A stretch of DNA of 32,000 bases from a bacterium (GTDB taxonomy: Bacteria > UBP7 > UBA6624 > JBBIMK01), in the NCBI GenBank assembly GCA_037444445.1, contig JBBIMK010000020.1, positions 1 through 32,000 on the forward strand. The letters are read 5' to 3'. Shown here in pieces: positions 26,219 through 32,000 of the stretch. The position numbers were made by a program, and so were the translations under genes. A model generated the notes under the pieces. That model was given only the letters and a program-made list of their open reading frames with translations. It did not search any database and had not been told where the DNA came from. Positions within the stretch are counted from its first letter, which is position 1. Each line of letters opens with the position of its first letter.

Positions 26219-27064
26219 TTGTTTCAGCATTTGACATCCCCGGTAGTGGTTGCCATGCTTCTGATTGGATTTATGAGCGTGGTGGACACATTAAATCTTT
26301 CCATCCGGGTGAGCGCAGTCATCACGAAGCGGCTGGCAGTAGCCCTATCTTTGTTCAATATGCTTATGATTCTTTCCCGCACATCCAATCTTGTGCAGGC
26401 GCCTATCGTAGCCAGCATGGCGGATATAGCGGTAGAACGGCATTCTGCTATCTGGCTCCTGCCCAAATTACGCTGGATTATCCTTTCCACCACGCTGGGC
26501 ACGGTGGTGGGTGCCTTCCTGACACCCACATTGGTGCAGATATTTGTGCGTAGTATTCATCTTTTTGAGGAGAAAAAGACGGTGACTCGTGTCATCGTTC
26601 ATCTATTAAAACCGCGTAATTTATGGGACCTGCGGACGGACTTTCGGGCCCCTTCATGGCAAGAATTTCGGTTGCATCTGGGGCGTGTTCGCCGTCTACC
26701 CTGGGATTTGCTGGTCTGGCATGTGCTCGTGATTGGATTCTATACTGTAGGGGTTCTTTCCACCATTTATGCGGCCGTTCTGGAGCCGAATATGCGTGCT
26801 ACCGTCACCAATTTATCCGGAGTGGTGAATGGGATTGCCACCCTGTTGTTATTCATCGTTGTAGACCCTCCCGCCGCAATGATAACCGACCACTGCATCC
26901 AGGAGAAACGCCCTCCAGAAGATGCAAAAACCCTGAACACTTTTTTAATTCTCACCCGATTCACTGGCACTCTATTAGCCCAGTTTCTCCTCGTGCCTAT
27001 GTCCCATTGGGTGCTAATCGTGGCCCGCTGGGTATTTACCATCTTCTACGGGCACACCTTTTGA
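26219..27064 (+). CDS. Polytopic inner-membrane protein, possibly Amj/DUF2837 lipid II flippase family
   Basis: About 6-7 hydrophobic helices. 'LSIRVSAVITKRLAVALSLFNMLMILSRTSNLVQAP' resembles my recollection of the Amj N-terminal block, so the family call is tentative. The start is TTG 26219 or ATG 26255. Confidence 0.45.
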   Translation: MFQHLTSPVVVAMLLIGFMSVVDTLNLSIRVSAVITKRLAVALSLFNMLMILSRTSNLVQAPIVASMADIAVERHSAIWLLPKLRWIILSTTLGTVVGAFLTPTLVQIFVRSIHLFEEKKTVTRVIVHLLKPRNLWDLRTDFRAPSWQEFRLHLGRVRRLPWDLLVWHVLVIGFYTVGVLSTIYAAVLEPNMRATVTNLSGVVNGIATLLLFIVVDPPAAMITDHCIQEKRPPEDAKTLNTFLILTRFTGTLLAQFLLVPMSHWVLIVARWVFTIFYGHTF

Positions 27065-27121
27065 AACCAATAAGCAGGAAATGATTGATAATTTCTTACC
27101 ACATTCAAGGAGGAGATGAAT

Positions 27122-28825
27122 ATGAAAAAAAACACAGGGAAGTGGGTAAGAACTCTGGGGCTTGCAGGGGTGTCTTTCTTTCTGATTTATGCGGCAAAGG
27201 AAGAAACATATCAGCCACCCTTAGAATTGAAGGTGCCAGCCAGGATATCCGGGGAAACTCAGTATTTGAGAATCCCCGTTGTAGCCCTGATTTACACCCA
27301 TGTAACACGATGGCCTGTGGAGTTGATTCGGAAGCCCACCGACCCTCCAACTGTGAAAACGGTCCGAAAGAAAGTTCCCCCTCCTCCGCAGGTGCCGGAT
27401 TCGGAAGTGGAACGCATTATGGAAGAACTCCGACTGGGGCAACTATTTTACTGGACAAATTCTTCTATGAAATGTTTTGTGGATGTGATTCCTATCGTCG
27501 TGAAGGATGCGCTGGAACCGAAAGATATCTATGACACAAGCGAATATCGTTTCCCTCTGGCAGAAGATGTGAAAAAACGTCTGGCTGAATATGGATTTGA
27601 ACCTCTGGGTAGCAATCCTGTTACTCCAGACACGAAGCGGGCGGCTGGTCTTCTTCATCTGGTGATTGAGCAGGTATGGAATGAGAAGGAGAAGAAGTGG
27701 GTTTATTCCGGGCGTGGCGGGGGATTTACGGTAGGACCTGACATCTACGGAATGGGGGTTTCCTGGTGGCAGGTTACCCCTGCAGATGCCGGCTCTAATA
27801 ATCAATGGCTGATGGTTCATGAGTTCCACCACGACCTGGATGCTATGTTCGCTTTCAGCGGCCAGGAAGACTACTGGTTCAACCACCCCTCCCCCACAGA
27901 AAATAATGTGGCACGCTTGGGGGAGCATTACGATGATAACGCCTACATCCTCCGCAGATGGCTTCCGTTAGAAAAATGGTTTACCAATCATTACGGGGAG
28001 GTGAAATCATTCATTGACCGGGATGAAGATGGGGTCCCCGATGATGACCTTACCCTGCCTATGGATGAAAAAAGGTTTGGAAGTTCACCGGACTCAAAAG
28101 ATACAGATCAGGATGGGCTGACGGATTTAGAAGAAGTTATGGCCTGGAACGGAATAAATCGGGGCCTGGGAGATATCTTTATGTCGGAGCATTTTTACCC
28201 TGACCCTAAAAATCCAGATTCGGACTCTGACGGTATTCTGGATGGTGATGACCCCTACCCTCTCTACCCCATCCATCCTTTCATCCCTATGAAATCACCT
28301 GAGATAGACGGGAAATTGGAGCATGATGAATGGTCAAAATTTGCTGAAATCAAAGATGAGCGCATTCAGGGCATTCTGTATGTTCAATGGAAAGAACTGG
28401 ATGCCCTTTACTTTGCCCTGGAATTACCCAGCCCTGCAGGTATCAAAATTCAAATAGATGCCCTGAACGATGGATGGTTCATCGGGCGTGATAATTACCG
28501 TGTGGTGGTGAACAAGGAGGGAAAAGTAACAGAAACTACCATCATTGATTCCTCATCGCCCGGGAAATGGCCGCACGACGACAAAACTTTTGTAAAACCG
28601 GAAGATGTCAAAGTTGTTCATTCCCGGGAGGGTGAAAAAAACATGTATGAAATTGCCATTCCGAGAAACTGGTATACCGGTTTGTCTCTGGAACCCTGCC
28701 AGATTCTTGGCCTCAATATCGGGGTAAAGCCCGATGATGGGAACCCTTTTTATGTGATGCTATTTGAACCTCATACTCTGGTGCAATTAAGGCTGGTGAA
28801 TCCCACAGAATCCTGTAAGGTCTAA
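27122..28825 (+). CDS. Secreted or anchored multidomain protein: HExxH-containing domain, thrombospondin type-3-like Ca-binding repeats, CBM9/DOMON-like C-terminal domain
   Basis: AAGGAGGAG at 27107-27115 favours ATG 27122 over 27116. The signal anchor is WVRTLGLAGVSFFLIYAA. HEFHH lies at 27818-27832. The D-rich repeats are DRDEDGVPDDD, DSKDTDQDGLTDLEE and DPKNPDSDSDGILDGDDPYP. 'IDGKLEHDEWSKFAEI..LYVQWKELDALYFALEL' is CBM9-like. Confidence 0.7.
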   Translation: MKKNTGKWVRTLGLAGVSFFLIYAAKEETYQPPLELKVPARISGETQYLRIPVVALIYTHVTRWPVELIRKPTDPPTVKTVRKKVPPPPQVPDSEVERIMEELRLGQLFYWTNSSMKCFVDVIPIVVKDALEPKDIYDTSEYRFPLAEDVKKRLAEYGFEPLGSNPVTPDTKRAAGLLHLVIEQVWNEKEKKWVYSGRGGGFTVGPDIYGMGVSWWQVTPADAGSNNQWLMVHEFHHDLDAMFAFSGQEDYWFNHPSPTENNVARLGEHYDDNAYILRRWLPLEKWFTNHYGEVKSFIDRDEDGVPDDDLTLPMDEKRFGSSPDSKDTDQDGLTDLEEVMAWNGINRGLGDIFMSEHFYPDPKNPDSDSDGILDGDDPYPLYPIHPFIPMKSPEIDGKLEHDEWSKFAEIKDERIQGILYVQWKELDALYFALELPSPAGIKIQIDALNDGWFIGRDNYRVVVNKEGKVTETTIIDSSSPGKWPHDDKTFVKPEDVKVVHSREGEKNMYEIAIPRNWYTGLSLEPCQILGLNIGVKPDDGNPFYVMLFEPHTLVQLRLVNPTESCKV

Positions 28826-28911
28826 CCTGAAGGAGATATGGCCTGCTTGTCTTACTCGGATGAAGAGGTAATTCTTCACCTGAACAATTTCTGATAATCA
28901 TTTCTATTTTC

Positions 28912-28940
28912 TTGACAACCGCAAATTACCATTTCAGAAT
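28912..28940 (+). promoter_or_regulatory. Sigma-70-like promoter candidate upstream of the CbiX-like gene
   Basis: TTGACA (28912-28917), a 17-nt spacer, then CAGAAT (28935-28940). It lies ~20 nt upstream of the GTG 28962 start. The -10 element matches only 4 of 6 positions. Confidence 0.3.
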
Positions 28941-28961
28941 TAAGATTCAGGTGATGGAAAG

Positions 28962-29890
28962 GTGAGAGAGGATGAAAACATCAAATTTTTGAGGATAATC
29001 CCCTTTTTCCTTTTGCTCCCCCTATTCTTTTCTGGAGCGAGTGCCCATATTCATAATGGTTCTGGAATCACTATGAAAGAGCACACAATTTTTCTACCAT
29101 CCACACGCTCCACTCCGGTGGGATTGCTGGTGCTGGCACACGGTGGCTCAGAAGAATGGGAAGAGCAAGTGGTGGAAAAGATGCGGAGTTTCCACTCCAC
29201 TTTGCCTGTGGCAATAGCCTTTGGAATGGCAATGAGTTCCAGCGAGTATATCCGGGAGGGAATTCTGAAACTGGAGAAGACAGGTGTAAGGGAAATCGTG
29301 GTTCTGCCTCTTTTTGTTTCATCTTATGCGCCTGTGCCTCGTCAAATGGAGTATATCTTTTGGCGGAGAAAAAACCTGTTTTTTCCACAGTTTCACAAAT
29401 TTCCACGCGGTTAAGGATACATTATCTATCAGCGATAGATGGGGATTATCAGATAGGCTGGATGCTTGCGGATTTCACCGACGAACTCAGCGAGAGCCCG
29501 GAGGAAGAAGTGGTTCTACTGGTTGCTCACGGTCCTATCACGGAAGCGGATAATCAAATCTGGTTGAACCAGCTGAGGAGAATGGGGGAAGAGATTCAGG
29601 GGAGAGGGTATGTAGCGATAGAGGTGGCGACCCTGCAGGATGATGCTCCACCCGAGATTCGGAATCGTGCCGTTGAAGATATTCGGCGTCTCATCCAGCG
29701 ATGGAGTCCGCCCCATCGTGTTTTAGTCGTGCCCGTGCTCATTTCCTCTTCCGACATTCAGCAAAAAATCCTGAAAATCCTTCCAGACTGTCCTTGCCGC
29801 TTCAGTCATCGTGGAATCATTTCACACCCGGCATTCTCAAAATATATCTGGAAAAAGATTAGGCCTTACCTTTTGTCCACATATCCGTAG
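28962..29890 (+). pseudogene. Signal-peptide-bearing two-domain CbiX/SirB-like chelatase, interrupted by a -1 frame change in an A6 run
   Basis: Frame 3 (28962-29414) gives the signal peptide FFLLLPLFFSGASA, then 'GLLVLAHGG..VAIAFGMA..GVREIVVLPLFVSS'. Frame 2 (to 29890) gives 'VVLLVAHGP..IEVATLQDD..VLVVPVLISS', a second CbiX-like half. The frames join at AGA AAA AAC (29367-29375). Confidence 0.6.
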
Positions 29891-29903
29891 TATTTCTGGA
29901 TTT

Positions 29904-30971
29904 TTATGGGATGAGCCCGGGGGAGGAATACAGGTTATGGGCGACGAAATCCCCCACCTGAGAAGTGGATGCAGTGCCTCCCAGGTCTCGTGTATAAACT
30001 CCACCTGCGATGGCTTCATACACCGCCTGTTCAACTTTCACGGCTTCATTCTGAAATCCGAGGTAATCCAGGAGAAGGGAAAGGCTAAGAATGGCGGCAA
30101 AAGGGTTGGCAACATTCTGCCCTGCATATTTAGGGGCGGAGCCATGGACGGGCTCAAACATACCTTTCCCGCTCTCAGGGTTGATATTTCCCGATGGTGC
30201 CACCCCAAGCCCTCCCACGATTTCACCCCCTAAATCAGATAAAATATCACCAAACATATTCGTCGTTACAATCACCTGGAATTCCCAGGGCCTTTTCACC
30301 AGCTGCTGAGCCGCATTATCCACATAGAGATGGTCCGCCTGAATCCCCGGATGCTTTTTTGCCTGTGTCCAGAACACCCGTTGCCATAAATCGTGGGCAT
30401 AAGTGAGCACATTACTTTTATCTACCAGGGTGATGCGTTTTCTCCCCTTTTCTTCTGCGTAACGAAAAGCATACTCAATAATCCGGTGAACTCCTTTATA
30501 GGTGTTCAGGCTTTCTTGAATGGCAATTTCATCCTCTGTGCCTTTCTTGAAAAATCCACCCTGGGACACATAGAGGTCTTCCGTATTTTCCCGAACGATG
30601 ACGAAATCAATGTTTTTTTTCTGCTCCAGAGGAGTGAAAGAGGGGTGAAGGAGCTTCACAGGTCTGAGGTTCACATACAGGTCCAGGCCAAAGCGGATGG
30701 TGAGAATAATTTTTTTGGCGTATTCTGGGTCTGAGATTCGGGGGTCACCTACGGCTCCCAGATAAATAGCGTCATACGCCTTTAATTCTTCAAATCGCTC
30801 TTCTGATAAGGCAACACCGGTTTTGAGATACCCTTCTCCACTGATGTCCGGGTAAACTTTATAGGAAACGGGCAGGGAAGAGTTGGAAATGAGGGCATTC
30901 AGGATTTTCAGCCCTTCTTGAATCACCTCTGCGCCAATACCATCGCCCGGAATAACCGCAATCCTTTTCAT
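29904..30971 (-). CDS. Isopropylmalate / isocitrate / tartrate dehydrogenase family oxidoreductase
   Basis: 'KRIAVIPGDGIG', 'IVRENTEDLY', 'NMFGDILSDLGGEIVGGLGVAPSGNINPE' and 'FEPVHGSAPKYAGQNVANP'. The ORF track starts at 30983, but AAGGAG abuts that ATG, so ATG 30971 is the more plausible start. Confidence 0.85.
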   Translation of the reverse strand: MKRIAVIPGDGIGAEVIQEGLKILNALISNSSLPVSYKVYPDISGEGYLKTGVALSEERFEELKAYDAIYLGAVGDPRISDPEYAKKIILTIRFGLDLYVNLRPVKLLHPSFTPLEQKKNIDFVIVRENTEDLYVSQGGFFKKGTEDEIAIQESLNTYKGVHRIIEYAFRYAEEKGRKRITLVDKSNVLTYAHDLWQRVFWTQAKKHPGIQADHLYVDNAAQQLVKRPWEFQVIVTTNMFGDILSDLGGEIVGGLGVAPSGNINPESGKGMFEPVHGSAPKYAGQNVANPFAAILSLSLLLDYLGFQNEAVKVEQAVYEAIAGGVYTRDLGGTASTSQVGDFVAHNLYSSPGLIP

Positions 30972-31019
30972 AAAAATTTTCATCTCCTTGGAAGGAATGG
31001 AGAGAAGAAACGGAGACCT

Positions 31020-31844
31020 TCACCTGGGCACTCGTAAATCTATGGGCTCTCCCTGTATCCACGAACTGGCGTTATCTCCGGAATCCACGAGGCGCACTGA
31101 GAAACTGGTGACGAAATGGGTGGCTTCACTTACGGTTCTGGAGGGAACTTTGTACACTATTTCCTCCTCTATCGTTTCCTCTAACTGCAGAATCTTGAAA
31201 GGAATCTTCTCAAATATCAGCGTTTTCCCGCTAATTTTTTCCTTCCGACTCATAGCATCAATCTCGGTGGTGGGATAAGATTTTTCACCCTCAAAATAAA
31301 TTAGAGGAGCGGTGTATTCTTGCTCCTGGATGGATAACTTTCCTTCACCGATGGGAGTTTTCTTCACCGGGATGTCGGAAGACAGGAGGCGAAAGGGCCA
31401 GAGGAGATTGTAATCCGGAGAAATATCCAGGGTGGTGAACAGTGGAGAGCGGTCAGTTTCTTGAATCATATATTCCTTTGCAGTATTCAAAAAGTTCCCG
31501 CTTTTCAGGTCATTCTCGTGGACGAGGAACTTTACTTTCTGGTAGGAAGTGGGGTTTTCTCCCTCCCCCAGGTCATATTCCACCCAGTAGTAGATTTGAA
31601 CATTCTGGTGTTGTTTCCTTTCTTTTCGCTTTTCCATTCCTACAATGGCAATTCTGAGGGTAAAGACCTGACGTTGAATTTCAGCGTCGCTTTGCCCTTT
31701 GAACACGCGATATCGGGAGCGGTATCCCCGATAGATGGCATATTTACCCACTTCCTCTTTCCAGTCCGCGGGGAACGAAAGGGCGGAATCCGTCATCCAG
31801 AGAAAGAAAACAACAGAGAGGAAAAAAATCCGAAGGCTCATCAT
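31020..31844 (-). CDS. Secreted hypothetical protein
   Basis: Signal peptide MMSLRIFFLSVVFFLWMTDSALS. Its ATG overlaps the upstream gene's TGA (ATGA, 31841-31844). I recognise no family. Confidence 0.55.
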   Translation of the reverse strand: MMSLRIFFLSVVFFLWMTDSALSFPADWKEEVGKYAIYRGYRSRYRVFKGQSDAEIQRQVFTLRIAIVGMEKRKERKQHQNVQIYYWVEYDLGEGENPTSYQKVKFLVHENDLKSGNFLNTAKEYMIQETDRSPLFTTLDISPDYNLLWPFRLLSSDIPVKKTPIGEGKLSIQEQEYTAPLIYFEGEKSYPTTEIDAMSRKEKISGKTLIFEKIPFKILQLEETIEEEIVYKVPSRTVSEATHFVTSFSVRLVDSGDNASSWIQGEPIDLRVPR

Positions 31845-32000
31845 CCCACCTCCCTTGAAGTGACAATGTGTCCGGGGACGCCCGACCGGGCAAGAGCCAG
31901 GGCTCGTTCCACGATGGAAAGGATAGAGGAATTGTCACGGGCGCGCTTATCCTCCGTAGAAGCCACTCCGATGCTGATTGAAAGTTTCAGGATTCCTCCG
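31841..32000 (-). CDS. 3' end (52 codons) of a gene truncated by the window edge; resembles a GGDEF-domain C-terminus
   Basis: The minus-strand reading 'GGILKLSISIGVASTEDKRARDNSSILSIVERALALARSGVPGHIVTSREVG*' resembles the terminal '..tvSiGvA....d...ll..Ad.AlY.AK..G.n.v' block of GGDEF domains. It is too short for the ORF track. Confidence 0.4.
   Translation of the reverse strand, partial: GGILKLSISIGVASTEDKRARDNSSILSIVERALALARSGVPGHIVTSREVG

Noticed and set aside
26623-27534. Overlapping ORFs at 26623-27084 and 27085-27534 (plus strand) and 27443-27928 (minus strand).
   Set aside because: They are out of frame with, or antisense to, the membrane-protein and secreted-protein genes. They are Arg/Cys/Gly-rich with no hydrophobic periodicity or motifs.
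29434-29450. Perfect 7-bp hairpin ATCTATC-agc-GATAGAT, considered as a frameshift stimulator for the CbiX-like gene.
   Set aside because: It lies about 55 nt downstream of the A_AAA_AAC site, much farther than the 5-9 nt typical of -1 PRF stimulators. It is short and AT-rich, so it does not support programmed frameshifting on its own.
29811-30233. 140-aa plus-strand ORF, with other small ORFs opposite the dehydrogenase gene.
   Set aside because: It is antisense to a gene with unmistakable isopropylmalate/isocitrate dehydrogenase motifs.
1-32000. Search by eye for CRISPR arrays, long tandem or terminal inverted repeats, transposases, integrases, reverse transcriptases, toxin-antitoxin pairs and known defence-system hallmarks.
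   Set aside because: I found none. I also saw no duplicate of the tRNA-Ala 3' end that would delimit an island. A computational repeat search could still find short repeats that I missed.

Overview
This is a 32-kb chromosomal fragment that looks like an uncultivated bacterium. It holds about 27 protein genes and one tRNA-Ala(UGC). I found no rRNA, CRISPR array, transposase or integrase. Hand counts on single 60-nt lines give a backbone of about 42% G+C, with two much GC-richer patches.

Left to right:
1. A tandem array of three paralogous secreted clan GH-A-like hydrolases. The first carries a T9SS C-terminal domain. The second and third are strongly GC-rich, and the third is frameshifted.
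2. A minus-strand ABC-2 exporter operon (ATPase plus two permeases) that ends in ubiE/menG.
3. A PAS-GGDEF protein with a degenerate active site (EGGTF) but an intact RxxD I-site.
4. tRNA-Ala with a terminator. After it come decayed gene remnants, including a multiply frameshifted CopZ-like HMA gene absent from the ORF track, and a fourth GC-rich GH-like gene.
5. A tightly packed five-gene minus-strand operon: apgM-like, a 434-aa orphan, an MBL-fold hydrolase, tldD and pmbA.
6. A divergent M1-PA-M28 fusion peptidase followed by an M42 peptidase.
7. A bacterial eRF1/aRF1-like protein whose GGQ position reads GGY, with a zinc ribbon.
8. A jelly-roll plus (alpha/alpha)6 glycosidase and a polytopic membrane protein (possibly Amj/DUF2837). 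Next come a secreted HExxH/TSP3/CBM9-like protein and a signal-peptide CbiX-like chelatase split by a -1 shift on A_AAA_AAC. The window ends with an isopropylmalate/isocitrate dehydrogenase-family gene, a secreted hypothetical and the 3' end of a GGDEF-like gene.

I recognise no complete known defence or mobile system. The best candidates for new biology are the GGQ-less eRF1-like gene, the orphan inside the TldD/PmbA operon, the double-peptidase fusion and the compositionally foreign GH genes. All homology calls rest on motifs read by eye, since no searches could be run.
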